From: an uncultured SAR86 cluster bacterium | GTDB taxonomy: Bacteria > Pseudomonadota > Gammaproteobacteria > Magnimaribacterales > D2472 | Direction: 5' to 3' | Assembly: GCA_902556105.1 (NCBI GenBank) | Contig: CACDUZ010000004.1 | Span: forward strand, 17,727-81,726 | DNA: 64,000 nt | Shown: positions 20,477-31,420 of the stretch, piece by piece | How the letters are laid out: the number at the start of each line of letters is the position of its first letter | Numbering within the stretch: the first letter of the stretch is position 1 | The notes under the pieces: model-generated | Databases searched by the model: none | Told to the model about the DNA's origin: nothing | Seen by the model: the letters and a program-made list of their open reading frames with translations, nothing else | Translations under genes and position numbers: made by a program

Positions 20477-21580
20477 ATGTTCTTTTACGACTTTCCAAAT
20501 TTATTAGCAATATTAATTGTAATAGTAGTGTCTTTTAGAATTGGCTTGATACCATTATGGCTATCTTTTTCTATGGGACTTCTTGCATTCACACCTTTTT
20601 TTCTAAACAACGTTCTTTTTTCTCCAAGTTATATGCCAGATCAATGGCAGTACTTTAATGTTACTCAAGGTATTCGTTCATTTGCCTTAGAAAGTTTTAA
20701 TGAAAGCGCACCAGTTGAGGCCGCAAGCTGGATGTTAGCCATGATTCCCATGCCTTATATAGAAACAATTCAAAGTTTAGGTTTTTTTAATAGACTTATG
20801 GCCACTATTTTAATTATTTGGCTCTATTCATCCAAGAATTTGCGTGGTTGGCCCCTTTTATTTATGGTTTTTTATCCAAGTTTATTGTTATATAGCTCAT
20901 TAGCTCTTCGAGATACATTGGTTTTAATGTTTATGATTCTATCTGTAATTTTTTTCTTAGAAAATCGAAGGTTGCTCGCATTATTAGTCTCTTTACCATT
21001 ATTATTGATAAAGTTTCAAAACTTCTTATTAATAATAGTTTTTTTTATAGCTCACCTTTATTTTTCAAAGGATTCGGTTATTTACAGATATAGATATATA
21101 TTTGTAATTTTTATTATTGCTTCATTAGCTCCTTTTATTATGTCAATAATTGAGATTCTGGATATAAGCAGGCTTAATATGTTTATAGATGATGGAGGAC
21201 GAAGAAGTACATATGTTCATATGAGAACTATTGAAGATTTTGTTATCGTAGCCCTTAAATCAGCTCCTTATTTTTTAATGAAGCCTCTTCCTTGGGAAGC
21301 AGATAGTTTTTTGACATTTCTGCAAAGTTTTGAAAATATATTAATATTAGCGTTCTTAGGTTTTATGTTTATCAAAACATCAAGATTGGATAAACAAATT
21401 GCTTTTAAGTGGTTGGTATACTTATTTGCTGCATTGGCTATCTATGGTTTGGTTGTTTATAATTTTGGAACAGCTGTCAGATATAAATTCCCTTTTATCG
21501 TAATTGTTATTGTCGGCATGGCTTATGAATTATATTTAAAGCATGGTAAGTTAATTTTGAATAAAAGTGGTAGAGCTTGA
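20477..21580 (+). CDS. Polytopic membrane protein, candidate O-unit polymerase (Wzy/EpsG-like)
   Basis: 367 aa with about ten hydrophobic helices and no other motif. Its position and size fit Wzy. Confidence 0.5.
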   Translation: MFFYDFPNLLAILIVIVVSFRIGLIPLWLSFSMGLLAFTPFFLNNVLFSPSYMPDQWQYFNVTQGIRSFALESFNESAPVEAASWMLAMIPMPYIETIQSLGFFNRLMATILIIWLYSSKNLRGWPLLFMVFYPSLLLYSSLALRDTLVLMFMILSVIFFLENRRLLALLVSLPLLLIKFQNFLLIIVFFIAHLYFSKDSVIYRYRYIFVIFIIASLAPFIMSIIEILDISRLNMFIDDGGRRSTYVHMRTIEDFVIVALKSAPYFLMKPLPWEADSFLTFLQSFENILILAFLGFMFIKTSRLDKQIAFKWLVYLFAALAIYGLVVYNFGTAVRYKFPFIVIVIVGMAYELYLKHGKLILNKSGRA

Positions 21581-21684
21581 AATTTGGAGACATATTTGCA
21601 ATATTCTGAGTCAAATTTTCTAATGACTAAAAAGCATCAAAACACTATCCATTTACCTGAATTTTATAAAGGAAAATATTATAA

Positions 21685-23604
21685 ATGTGTGGAATAGCTG
21701 GCTATGTAGGAGTTTCTGAAAATCCATCAGATTGCTTAACTGAGATGGCCAAAGCGATTCATCATCGCGGTCCTGACAATATGGGTATATGGTCAGATGA
21801 GAAAACAGCCATTGGCCTTGCTCATGCTAGGTTATCAATACTTGATTTAAGCGCAGCTGGTAATCAGCCTATGCATTCGGCATCAAATAATTATGTATTG
21901 GTATTTAATGGCGAGATTTATAATCATAAGAAACTTCGATTAGAATTAGAATCGATTAGTCGTATGGATTGGTCGGGTCATTCTGATACAGAAACTCTTT
22001 TAGCCGCTATCGAAGAGTGGGGCTTGGAAGAAACATTAGTTAAATCTAAGGGTATGTTTGCATTAGCATTATGGGATAAAAATTCTAAAAATCTATATTT
22101 AGCATGCGACAGAATTGGAGAAAAGCCTCTTTATTATGGATGGGTGAATAAACAATTTGTCTTTGCATCAGAATTAAAATCGATTAAAAAGTTTCCAAGA
22201 TTCAATAATCAGATTGATCGTAGTTCATTAGCTTTGTTTTTAAGATTCAATTCAATTCCAGCCCCACATTCAATATATAAAGATATATATAAATTAGAGC
22301 CTGGACAAATTATTAAATTTTATGCAGATTCAAAAAAAACTGAGAAGCATGACTTTTGGTCAATTGAAAAAGTTTATAAAGAAGCCAGAAAGGCCAAATC
22401 TTCACTTACTCCATCTGAAGCAGTTAATAAACTTGAATCTGTTTTATCAAATGCCGTCTCTTCTCAAATGCAATCAGATGTTCCTTTGGGCGCCTTTTTA
22501 TCTGGTGGCATTGATTCAAGTACAATTGTTTCTTTAATGCAATTCCATTCCAATGTTAATGTGAACACATTTTCTATTGGGTTTAACTCTAAAGACTTTG
22601 ATGAAGCGCAACATGCTGGAATGGTTGCCAAGCATTTAGGCACAAATCATTTTGAAAAGTATGTTTCTGATCGCGATGCTTTAGATGTCATACCTTACTT
22701 GCCTAACATTTATGACGAACCTTTTGCAGATTCATCACAAATACCGACTTTTCTAGTTTCACAGTTTGCTAAGCAAGAAGTTACTGTTGCTCTTTCTGGA
22801 GATGCAGGCGATGAACTTTTTGGTGGATATAATCGTTATGTTTTTAGTGAGAAAATCTTTAGTAAGATTGCTAAAGCACCAAATTTAGTAAGGAAATTGA
22901 TATCCAAGACTATTTTTAGCATGTCGGAGGAAAAGTGGGACAGTATATTGGGTGGATTGACGAGCAAACGTTTTGCTAACATTGGACATAAACTTCATAA
23001 AGCTGCAAACGTACTTCCCGCAGAATCAATTCGTGATTTACATTTTAAATTGATATCACAAATTCATAATCCATCAGATTGGCTTATAAATGCAAATGAG
23101 CACAAATCAATATTAAATGATGGTATTGAGAGATTTGCTGAATTGAATTATGTTGAGCAGATGATGGCCTATGATTTAATAACATATTTGCCCACAGATA
23201 TATTAACTAAAGTTGATAGAGCGGCTATGGCAGTTTCTTTAGAAACTAGAGTCCCATTTTTAGATCCAGAGGTGATTGAATTGTCTGCACTACTCCCTAT
23301 GGAATTCAAAATTCGTAATGGCGTTACTAAATGGGCACTTCGAGAGATTCTTTACAAACATGTACCTAAAGATTTAATTGAAAGACCAAAAATGGGCTTT
23401 GCAGTTCCTTTAGCTGAGTGGTTAAGAGGGCCGCTTAAAGACTGGGCTGAATCCTTATTAGATGAGAAACGATTACATCAAGAAGGTTTTTTTAATGTAG
23501 AATTTGTCCGCAGAAAATGGATAGAGCATTTAAGTGGAAATCGAAACTGGCATCATCAATTATGGAATGTTTTAATGTTCCAAGCTTGGCTTGAAAAGAA
23601 TTAA
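21685..23604 (+). CDS. Glutamine-hydrolysing asparagine synthase family amidotransferase (WbpS-like)
   Basis: MCGIAG provides the N-terminal Cys nucleophile and FLSGGIDSS is the PP-loop. 639 aa. Confidence 0.85.
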   Translation: MCGIAGYVGVSENPSDCLTEMAKAIHHRGPDNMGIWSDEKTAIGLAHARLSILDLSAAGNQPMHSASNNYVLVFNGEIYNHKKLRLELESISRMDWSGHSDTETLLAAIEEWGLEETLVKSKGMFALALWDKNSKNLYLACDRIGEKPLYYGWVNKQFVFASELKSIKKFPRFNNQIDRSSLALFLRFNSIPAPHSIYKDIYKLEPGQIIKFYADSKKTEKHDFWSIEKVYKEARKAKSSLTPSEAVNKLESVLSNAVSSQMQSDVPLGAFLSGGIDSSTIVSLMQFHSNVNVNTFSIGFNSKDFDEAQHAGMVAKHLGTNHFEKYVSDRDALDVIPYLPNIYDEPFADSSQIPTFLVSQFAKQEVTVALSGDAGDELFGGYNRYVFSEKIFSKIAKAPNLVRKLISKTIFSMSEEKWDSILGGLTSKRFANIGHKLHKAANVLPAESIRDLHFKLISQIHNPSDWLINANEHKSILNDGIERFAELNYVEQMMAYDLITYLPTDILTKVDRAAMAVSLETRVPFLDPEVIELSALLPMEFKIRNGVTKWALREILYKHVPKDLIERPKMGFAVPLAEWLRGPLKDWAESLLDEKRLHQEGFFNVEFVRRKWIEHLSGNRNWHHQLWNVLMFQAWLEKN

Positions 23605-23624
23605 TTAATTTATGAGGATGGCAT

Positions 23625-24899
23625 ATGCAATATAGTGAAGCATCAATAGCAATAGTTGGTCTGGGATATGTTGGCTTGCCATTAGCAGTTGAGTTTGGCA
23701 CTAAGCGAAAAGTTATTGGTTTTGATACAAATGAGGCTAGGATTAAAGACCTGAAGAAAGGCCTGGATAATACTTTGGAAACAACTAATCAAGAATTAAA
23801 AGATGCAATTTATTTAAGCTATACAAATAGTCTTAAAGATATAAAAGACTGTAAAATTTTTATCATTACTGTGCCAACGCCAATTGACAAAAATAAACAA
23901 CCTAATTTATCGCCCTTAAAAGATGCTAGCGAAGCAATAGGGTCTATTCTAAAGAAAGGAGATTTGGTTATCTATGAATCAACTGTTTATCCAGGAGCAA
24001 CAGAAGAGGTATGTGTTCCAATTCTTGAAACCATATCTGGTTTATTCTTTAATAAGGATTTTTATTGTGGTTATTCCCCGGAACGAATTAACCCTGGAGA
24101 CAAGGAACACCGAATAACAACTATTAAAAAAGTAACCTCAGGATCAACTCCTGAGATTGCAACTATAGTCGATGAATTGTACCAAGAGATTATTACTGAG
24201 GGCACACACATGGCTAGCAGTATAAAAGTTGCCGAGGCTGCTAAGGTAATTGAAAATACTCAAAGGGATGTCAATATAGCTCTTATCAATGAACTTTCAC
24301 TTATTTTTAATAAATTAAATATCGATACTGAATCAGTTTTAGAAGCAGCTGGTACAAAATGGAACTTTCTACCATTTAGACCTGGTCTCGTAGGAGGGCA
24401 TTGTATAGGTGTCGATCCTTACTATCTTACCCACAAAGCATTAGAGGTTGGCTACAATCCTGAGATGATTCTTGCAGGTAGAAGAATAAACGATAACATG
24501 GGTTTTTTTGTTGCAGATCAAGTATCAAAGTTGATGACTAAAAAAGACATCCATGTTGAAGGTTCAAATATATTGATAATGGGCTTAGCTTTTAAAGAAA
24601 ATTGTCCTGATATAAGAAATACAAGGGTAGTAGATCTTATAGAGCAGTTTGATTGTTTTAATTGCTCAACAGAGGTATATGATCCGTGGGTTGATAGAGA
24701 TATTGCTATGGACGAATATAAGATCAAGTTAATTGAAGAACCTACGGAAGGTAAGTATGATGCAATAATTTTAGCAGTTGCACATGATGTTTTTAAAAAT
24801 TTATCATCAGAGCAAATAAAGACTTTTGGAAAAGAAAATCATGTAATTTATGATATTAAATATTTATTAGACAATGAAGAGGTTGACGGCAGACTATAA
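23625..24899 (+). CDS. wbpO: UDP-N-acetylhexosamine 6-dehydrogenase (WbpO/TviB family)
   Basis: [17 protein letters not shown], the [11 protein letters not shown] catalytic Cys block, and a length of 424 aa. Confidence 0.8.
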   Translation: MQYSEASIAIVGLGYVGLPLAVEFGTKRKVIGFDTNEARIKDLKKGLDNTLETTNQELKDAIYLSYTNSLKDIKDCKIFIITVPTPIDKNKQPNLSPLKDASEAIGSILKKGDLVIYESTVYPGATEEVCVPILETISGLFFNKDFYCGYSPERINPGDKEHRITTIKKVTSGSTPEIATIVDELYQEIITEGTHMASSIKVAEAAKVIENTQRDVNIALINELSLIFNKLNIDTESVLEAAGTKWNFLPFRPGLVGGHCIGVDPYYLTHKALEVGYNPEMILAGRRINDNMGFFVADQVSKLMTKKDIHVEGSNILIMGLAFKENCPDIRNTRVVDLIEQFDCFNCSTEVYDPWVDRDIAMDEYKIKLIEEPTEGKYDAIILAVAHDVFKNLSSEQIKTFGKENHVIYDIKYLLDNEEVDGRL

Positions 24900-25940
24900 A
24901 TGACTAAATTTGAACAATTACAAGAATATTTAAATGATAATCAAAAGACATGGTTGGTGACTGGAGTAGCTGGATTTATTGGGTCTAACTTACTTGAAAA
25001 ATTATTAATATTAAATCAAAAAGTAGTTGGGCTAGATAGTTTTGATACTGGCTATCAACATAACATTGATGAAGCACTTCAAGATGTTCAAAACACTACC
25101 GGTAAAGACTTAAGCAATAACTTTAATTTTATTAATGGAGATATACGAAATTCAAGTCATTGCAACCAAGCGTGTAGTGGTGTTGATTATGTTTTACATC
25201 AAGCTGCACTTGGCTCCGTTCCAAGGTCAATCGAAGACCCTCTTGGCACTAATGAAGCAAATATTGATGGCTTTATAAATATGTTAGTGGCGAGTAGAGA
25301 CGCAAAAGTTAAAAGATTTGTCTATGCTGCATCTAGTTCATCATATGGTGATAATACTGATCTTCCAAAAATAGAGCATATGATTGGCAATCCTTTAAGC
25401 CCTTATGCTGTAACAAAACTTGTAAATGAGCTTTATGCAAGTGTTTTTGCAAAAAATTATGATTTCAAAACTATTGGACTTAGATACTTTAATATATTTG
25501 GTAAAAGACAAGATCCAAATGGCGCTTATGCAGCAGTGATCCCAAAGTGGGTAGCCTCAGTTTTAAATAATGAAGATGTTTATATAAATGGTGATGGAGA
25601 AACTAGTAGAGATTTTTGTTACATCGATAATGCAGTACAGAGTAATATTTTAGCTGCAATGACTGAAAATAATGCAGCTGTTGACCAAGTTTATAATGTT
25701 GCTCTAAATGATAGGACAAGTCTAAATGAGCTTCACAGAATGATTGAAGATAAAATATTACAAAGAGTTCATGGCCTAGAGAAGAAAGAACCAATTTATA
25801 GAGACTTTAGGCCTGGAGATGTTAGACACTCACAAGCAAGTGTTGATAAGGCTAATAATCTTTTAGAGTATCGACCTAAATATAAAATATCTGAAGGTTT
25901 GGATGAGGCAATAGACTGGTATATTAATTCTGTTAAATAG
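24900..25940 (+). CDS. wbpP: UDP-N-acetylhexosamine(uronate) 4-epimerase (WbpP/TviC family)
   Basis: [16 protein letters not shown] and YAVTK (YxxxK). It starts one base after wbpO ends. Confidence 0.8.
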   Translation: MTKFEQLQEYLNDNQKTWLVTGVAGFIGSNLLEKLLILNQKVVGLDSFDTGYQHNIDEALQDVQNTTGKDLSNNFNFINGDIRNSSHCNQACSGVDYVLHQAALGSVPRSIEDPLGTNEANIDGFINMLVASRDAKVKRFVYAASSSSYGDNTDLPKIEHMIGNPLSPYAVTKLVNELYASVFAKNYDFKTIGLRYFNIFGKRQDPNGAYAAVIPKWVASVLNNEDVYINGDGETSRDFCYIDNAVQSNILAAMTENNAAVDQVYNVALNDRTSLNELHRMIEDKILQRVHGLEKKEPIYRDFRPGDVRHSQASVDKANNLLEYRPKYKISEGLDEAIDWYINSVK

Positions 25941-26012
25941 ATAAGATGCTATTATGTTTTCTTAAATAATTAAATTACACAATAAAAATATGGTACTCCA
26001 AATATTTTTGAA

Positions 26013-26855
26013 ATGAAGAATCAAGATAAAAATACAGTAGATGGTTTTGGTGACGAATGGTCTAGATTTGATCAATCAGCCTTACCTTCAGCAGAGCAAC
26101 AGTTGTTATTTGATGAATATTTTTCTGTATTTCCTTGGAAAAATATCTCTAAAGAATCAACTGGATTCGATTTGGGTTGTGGAACTGGAAGATGGGCAAG
26201 GTCAGTCGCACCAAAAGTTAAAAAACTAATTTGTATTGATCCAAGTAGCGCTTTAGATATCGCAAAAAAAAATTTATCAAATTTTGATAATTGTGTATTT
26301 GATAGCTCAACAGTTGACGAAATGCCTATGCAGGATAATAGTATGGATTTTGGATATTCTCTTGGAGTGCTTCATCATGTTCCCGACACAGCCTTAGGTA
26401 TAAAACAATGTGTTAAGAAATTAAAAATTGGAGCACCGTTATTATTATATTTGTACTATCGTTTTGATAATCGTCCATGGTGGTTTCGGTTAATTTGGTC
26501 TGTAACGGATTTATTGCGAAGAGTAGTATCTAAAATGCCATACAAACTTAGATATGTTTCCAGTCAGATAATTTCAATAATTGTTTATTTTCCGTTAGCT
26601 AGATTTGCCTTATTTTTAGAAAAACTTAATTTTAATGTTAGTAATTTTCCATTGAGTTCATATAGGAATCTGAGTTTTTATACAATGAGGACAGACGCCT
26701 TAGATCGTTTCGGCACAAGATTGGAACAACGTTTTACTAGAAAAGAAATAAAAAATATGATGCGTAACGCGGGACTAGAAAATATTGAATTTTCAAATTC
26801 AAAACCATTTTGGGTTGCAGTAGGATATAAATCTAGCAAAATAAAAGATTTCTAA
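26013..26855 (+). CDS. Class I SAM-dependent methyltransferase
   Basis: The GFDLGCGTGRWA motif I follows an FGDEWSRF N-terminal block. Confidence 0.75.
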   Translation: MKNQDKNTVDGFGDEWSRFDQSALPSAEQQLLFDEYFSVFPWKNISKESTGFDLGCGTGRWARSVAPKVKKLICIDPSSALDIAKKNLSNFDNCVFDSSTVDEMPMQDNSMDFGYSLGVLHHVPDTALGIKQCVKKLKIGAPLLLYLYYRFDNRPWWFRLIWSVTDLLRRVVSKMPYKLRYVSSQIISIIVYFPLARFALFLEKLNFNVSNFPLSSYRNLSFYTMRTDALDRFGTRLEQRFTRKEIKNMMRNAGLENIEFSNSKPFWVAVGYKSSKIKDF

Positions 26856-26917
26856 TTTAACTTATAAAATAAAGCTGGTTTTCAAAAAATTCCTGATACT
26901 AAATAAGGTATAAAAAG

Positions 26918-28018
26918 ATGAAAATATTAATTCTTGGAACTGTACCAAATGATTTATTAAATTTTAGAGCTGATTTAATTAAAGATTTTATAAAAAAAAA
27001 TCATGAAGTAATAACTTCGTCTTCATCACTTGATCCTAACTCAGTTATTCACATGAATAATTTGGGTGTGACATATGAACCAATTTATTTAAACAGGCAT
27101 AGTTTAAATTTAGCCGGGGATTTAAGAACCCTCTTCAATTTATTAAAATTATTAAAAAAACAAAAGCCACATTTAGTTCTAGCACATGGCATTAAATTAG
27201 TAATATGGGGCGGCATTTCAGCGAGTATTAGAAATATCCCCTTTTATGCCTTAATCACAGGGCTTGGTTTTGCTTTTCAAGGTAAGTCACTTAAAAGAAG
27301 AATATTAACTAAGTTAGTTTCTTTTCTTTACAGAATTGCACTAAGTAAATCAAAAGCTGTTATTTTTCAAAATAAAGACAATAGAGATCTTTTTATTAAT
27401 AAAGGTATTGTTCCTCAATCTAAAACCTATATTGTAAATGGATCGGGTGTAGATATAAAAAAATATAGTTATACAAAACAACCTGATACTGATGTAAGTT
27501 TTTTGTTAGTTTCTCGTTTGCTTGGTGAAAAGGGTTTACGAGAATATGCTGCAGCTGCAAAAATTGTAAAGGATCAATTTCCTCAAATTAAATTTGACTT
27601 AGTAGGGGCAGAGGATGAATCAATGGATGCAATTTCACTAAAGGAAGTTTATAGCTGGGCAAATTATGTAAATTATAATGGTTCGACTGATGATGTTAGG
27701 CCTTTTATTGAAAAATGTAATGTTTATGTATTACCTTCATACCACGAAGGATTGCCGAGAAGTACTTTAGAAGCTATGTCTATGGGTCGTCCAATACTTA
27801 CAACTGATGCGGCAGGGTGCAAAGAAACAGTTGATGAAGGCGTAAATGGCTTTATGGTTCCAGTAGGATCTTCAAAAAAATTAGCAGAGAAAATGATTTG
27901 GTTTATTGAGAATAAAGACAAAATTGCAATTATGGGAAAAAAAAGCAGAAATATAGTTGAAACTAGATTTGATGTTCGTAAAGTTAATGAAGAAATGTTA
28001 AGAATTCTTGGAATTTAG
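26918..28018 (+). CDS. Family 4 (GT-B) glycosyltransferase
   Basis: SYHEGLPRSTLEAMSMGRPILTTDAAGCKETV is the EX7E block. Confidence 0.85.
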   Translation: MKILILGTVPNDLLNFRADLIKDFIKKNHEVITSSSSLDPNSVIHMNNLGVTYEPIYLNRHSLNLAGDLRTLFNLLKLLKKQKPHLVLAHGIKLVIWGGISASIRNIPFYALITGLGFAFQGKSLKRRILTKLVSFLYRIALSKSKAVIFQNKDNRDLFINKGIVPQSKTYIVNGSGVDIKKYSYTKQPDTDVSFLLVSRLLGEKGLREYAAAAKIVKDQFPQIKFDLVGAEDESMDAISLKEVYSWANYVNYNGSTDDVRPFIEKCNVYVLPSYHEGLPRSTLEAMSMGRPILTTDAAGCKETVDEGVNGFMVPVGSSKKLAEKMIWFIENKDKIAIMGKKSRNIVETRFDVRKVNEEMLRILGI

Positions 28019-28129
28019 TAAAAACCTAATTATAAAAATAAAATAATCATTCATTTATTTATAATGCGTTGAAGTGTTTTATTGACAAGTTTATTATATA
28101 AAGATCAAAATAATTTTTGGAACTAAAAA

Positions 28130-28837
28130 ATGAATATTAAAGAATACTGGCAAGACATAGATTCTAACTTAGAGAATTTGCTGAAGCATGGATTTGTGAA
28201 GTTACCGTCTTTGAAAATGTTTGAGCTTGATTCGTTAGCAGACGATATCTCAGATGAAATGGGACCATTAACATTTAAAGAATTGGGATCTCGTCATAAA
28301 AGATTTCTAGATAAACTTGAAGTTAATAAGTATTTAACTCCAAAATTGCATGGCATTGCTAGAGATTGTTTTAATTATAAAGGCGATTCGTCAAATCAAT
28401 ATCACGTTGCAAGAAAAGTTGAGCCTGGAAATTCAAAAGAGATGTTTAGAGCTCATTTTGATTCACACCTTTTCACAATGGTTTTACCTATTAAGATACC
28501 CGATGTGAATCAAGATGGTTCTGCAGGAGAGTTAATGTATTACCCAAATGCTAGAAAAGCTCCTAAAAATGAGATTAGTAATTTTATTGGAAAGGCTTTT
28601 TACAAGAAGTATGCATCAAAGGAAGGTTTGGAAAAACTTTCTTTGAGTTCAACTCAGGAAGTAGATAACTTTAGAGATTATCAACCTTTGCTTTTTATTG
28701 GTAATACAACTCTGCATACCAACTATCCTGTATCTTCAAGTTGTGCGAGCTATAGACTTACTTTGCTAGCTCATTTCTTTGATCCCTCACCTAAATATGG
28801 TGTTGGAGGGTTTTTGAGATTATTAAGGAATAGATAA
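28130..28837 (+). CDS. Hypothetical protein, possible Fe(II)/2-oxoglutarate oxygenase fold
   Basis: 235 aa. The only hint is an HxD...H arrangement: RAHFDSH, then a late His in TTLHTNYP. Confidence 0.25.
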   Translation: MNIKEYWQDIDSNLENLLKHGFVKLPSLKMFELDSLADDISDEMGPLTFKELGSRHKRFLDKLEVNKYLTPKLHGIARDCFNYKGDSSNQYHVARKVEPGNSKEMFRAHFDSHLFTMVLPIKIPDVNQDGSAGELMYYPNARKAPKNEISNFIGKAFYKKYASKEGLEKLSLSSTQEVDNFRDYQPLLFIGNTTLHTNYPVSSSCASYRLTLLAHFFDPSPKYGVGGFLRLLRNR

Positions 28838-28851
28838 TTTGATTAAATCTA

Positions 28852-29448
28852 ATGATTAAATTTGATAACCCATGTCTAGATCGACCATATCTAGTTTTTA
28901 AAGAAAAATATAATGAGTCTTTAATAGCTAAACAAGATAACATTGAAGCTATATGTATTTCATCATATTCACCAAAAGATGATGAGGTTAATGCAAGATA
29001 TGTGAACTTGAAATTTATTAATGATAATCAATTTATATTTTTTTCAAATTATAACTCACCCAAATCAATAGAATTCAATCAACACGAACAGATTACAGCA
29101 TCAATATACTGGAGTAGAACTAATGTCCAAATCAGGATGAAAGCATACATAAAAAAAACGAGCAAAGAATTTAATCAGAATTATTTTGCTGAAAGAGATG
29201 AGAAAAAAAATGCCTTAGCAATTTCCTCATATCAATCTAGCCCAATTGATTCTTATGAGATGCTCAAAAAGAATTATGAAATTTGTCTTAAAAAAAACAA
29301 CTTAAACGAATGCCCTGATTATTGGGGTGGCTATTCATTTACCCCATATTACTTTGAATTTTGGGAAGGCCATAAGTCGAGACTTAATAAAAGAGAGGCA
29401 TACAAATTTCAAAATGATGAGTGGATTCATAGCTTTTTGCAGGCATAA
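28852..29448 (+). CDS. pdxH: Pyridoxamine 5'-phosphate oxidase
   Basis: FFSNYNSPKS and the C-terminal WGGYSFTPYYFEFWEGHKSRLNKR block match PdxH. Confidence 0.85.
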   Translation: MIKFDNPCLDRPYLVFKEKYNESLIAKQDNIEAICISSYSPKDDEVNARYVNLKFINDNQFIFFSNYNSPKSIEFNQHEQITASIYWSRTNVQIRMKAYIKKTSKEFNQNYFAERDEKKNALAISSYQSSPIDSYEMLKKNYEICLKKNNLNECPDYWGGYSFTPYYFEFWEGHKSRLNKREAYKFQNDEWIHSFLQA

Positions 29449-29586
29449 AATATTTGCGAAATTCATTAATTAGTATAAAATCCATTTGAATTATGAATTA
29501 TTTAATTTCTTCTATTTAATATCATCTTGATCTTAAGCAATTACTAAATGTTTTTTCATACAACTTACTTTTAAAAGGTATTTCTC

Positions 29587-30120
29587 ATAGCTATAACAAG
29601 AAAACAATCAACTCCAATTAATCAGAAAATCAAGGCTAGCGAAGTTATGCTTATTGATAATAAAGGAGAAAAAAAAGGTGTTGTATCAATAGCCGATGCC
29701 TTGCAAGCTGCAAGCAATGAGTCTTTAGACTTAGTCCAAGTATCTCCATCAGATTCAAATCCTGTTGTATGCAAACTATTAGACTATGGTAAGCATCTTT
29801 TTGATAAGAAAAAAAGTTCTACATCTTCAAAAGTAAAAACTAAAAGAAATACAACAAAAGAGATTAAATTTAGACCTTCAACAGACGTAGGTGACTATAA
29901 TATTAAATTAAAAAAGATTAAAAGCTTTATTCTTGACGGAGATAAGACTAAAATAAGCGTCCGATTTAGGGGAAGAGAAATACTAAACAGTGATATGGGC
30001 CTTGCTCTTTTAAATAAATTAAGAGATGAGCTAGAGGAAATATCCCAGGTAGATCAAGAGCCTTCATTAGAAGGAAGGCAATTACTGATGGTTTTATCTC
30101 CTTTAAAAAAGAATAAATAA
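29587..30120 (+). CDS. infC: Translation initiation factor IF-3, non-AUG start likely
   Basis: The listed ATG at 29647 cuts off conserved N-terminal residues. The frame is open from 29575, and INQKIKASEVMLID aligns with E. coli INGEIRAQEVRLTG. Candidate starts are ATA 29587 (AAGG 9 nt upstream) or ATT 29617. Confidence 0.9.
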   Translation: MAITRKQSTPINQKIKASEVMLIDNKGEKKGVVSIADALQAASNESLDLVQVSPSDSNPVVCKLLDYGKHLFDKKKSSTSSKVKTKRNTTKEIKFRPSTDVGDYNIKLKKIKSFILDGDKTKISVRFRGREILNSDMGLALLNKLRDELEEISQVDQEPSLEGRQLLMVLSPLKKNK

Positions 30121-30132
30121 CATAATAAAGAT

Positions 30133-30327
30133 ATGGGTTATAAATTAAAAACACATTCTGGAGCCGCCAAGCGTTTCAAGAAAACTGGTTCATCTGTTAA
30201 AAGTAAAAGTGCTAATAGAAATCATATCCTTACTAAACAGTCTACAAAAAGAAAAAGACACAACAGAGGCCTTAACAAACTTACAGGAACTGTACTTAAA
30301 ATGGCTTCAAAATTAATAAGAACTTAA
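30133..30327 (+). CDS. rpmI: 50S ribosomal protein L35
   Basis: 64 aa with the [14 protein letters not shown] pattern. Confidence 0.95.
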   Translation: MGYKLKTHSGAAKRFKKTGSSVKSKSANRNHILTKQSTKRKRHNRGLNKLTGTVLKMASKLIRT

Positions 30328-30331
30328 AAAC

Positions 30332-30679
30332 ATGCCAAGAACCACGAAATCAGTAACAGCTAAAGCGAAACATAAGAAAGTACTTAGTTCTACTAAAGGA
30401 CATTATGGTGCTAGAAGTAGATTATATAAAACTGCAAAGCAATCAAATATTAAATCTTTACAATATGCTTTTAGAGATAGAAAAAATAAAAAAAGATCTT
30501 TTAGGGCTCTCTGGATAGCAAGAATAAATGCTGGAGCAAGAGATTTAGGTGTTTCGTATTCAGCTCTTATAAACTCAATGTCTAAAAAAGATATTGCATT
30601 AGATAGGAAAATATTATCTGATATCGCTATTTCAGATAGCACAACATTTAAAAAAATTGTAAAAATAGCTACTAGCTAG
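30332..30679 (+). CDS. rplT: 50S ribosomal protein L20
   Basis: 115 aa matching the MPRTTKSV..KGHYGARSRLYKTAKQ..AFRDRKNKKRSFRALWIARINA pattern. Confidence 0.95.
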   Translation: MPRTTKSVTAKAKHKKVLSSTKGHYGARSRLYKTAKQSNIKSLQYAFRDRKNKKRSFRALWIARINAGARDLGVSYSALINSMSKKDIALDRKILSDIAISDSTTFKKIVKIATS

Positions 30680-30694
30680 ATATGCGCCCTCCAA

Positions 30695-31420
30695 ATGTCA
30701 TCCAATAAAGACATTTTCTCCCCAGAGCTTATAAAGGATAAAGGCTCTATTCATCCAATAAATCATATGAAAGACTCAATCATGGGTCTGCTAGTTTCAT
30801 TTGGGTTTGAAATTATTGATGGCCCTGAGATTGAAACTGAAGAGTTCAATTTTGATATGCTAAATATAAAAAAAACGCATCCAGCTAGACAGATGCATGA
30901 CACCTTTTATGTTGAAGGCAAATCAAATTTGTTAAGGACCCATACCTCACCAGTTCAAATAAGAGGAATGCTTGAGAAAAGACCTCCACTAGCCTTCATT
31001 TCTGGTGGTAAAGTTTATAGAAAAGATGATGATGCAACTCATTTACCTATGTTTCATCAAATTGAGGGGATTTTAGTAGATAAAAATATAAGCTTCGCAC
31101 ATTTGAAAGATTTGATTTACAAAATTGTTCATTCATTGTTTGGTAAAGACATTGAATTAAGATTTAGACCTTCATATTTTCCATTCACAGAACCATCAGC
31201 TGAAGTTGATATTTTATCAAGTGAAGGAAAGTGGTTAGAAATTCTTGGATGTGGATTAGTAAATCCTAAAGTACTTGAGAATTGTAATATTGATTCGAAT
31301 TCCTACTCTGGTTTAGCATTTGGTTTGGGTATAGAAAGGATAGCTATGCTGAAACATGGAGTGAAAGACATAAGAGAGTTTTATAAATCTAACTTAGATT
31401 TTTTATGTCAATTTAAATGA
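30695..31420 (+). CDS. pheS: Phenylalanine-tRNA ligase alpha subunit, lacking the N-terminal coiled-coil arm
   Basis: 241 aa. It aligns with E. coli PheS from about residue 90 to the end (HPARQMHDTF, FRPSYFPFTEPSAEVD, GLGIERIAML). The gene starts 15 nt after rplT, so no upstream coding space exists. Confidence 0.95.
   Translation: MSSNKDIFSPELIKDKGSIHPINHMKDSIMGLLVSFGFEIIDGPEIETEEFNFDMLNIKKTHPARQMHDTFYVEGKSNLLRTHTSPVQIRGMLEKRPPLAFISGGKVYRKDDDATHLPMFHQIEGILVDKNISFAHLKDLIYKIVHSLFGKDIELRFRPSYFPFTEPSAEVDILSSEGKWLEILGCGLVNPKVLENCNIDSNSYSGLAFGLGIERIAMLKHGVKDIREFYKSNLDFLCQFK

Noticed and set aside
26992-27000. A9 homopolymer near the 5' end of the GT4 gene as a phase-variation switch; similar A9 runs at 17725-17733 and 13307-13315 and a T9 run at 62881-62889
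   Set aside because: In a genome this AT-rich and lysine-rich, A/T runs of 8-9 nt are expected by chance. No G/C tracts are present. This would only be worth revisiting if read-level length heterogeneity is seen.
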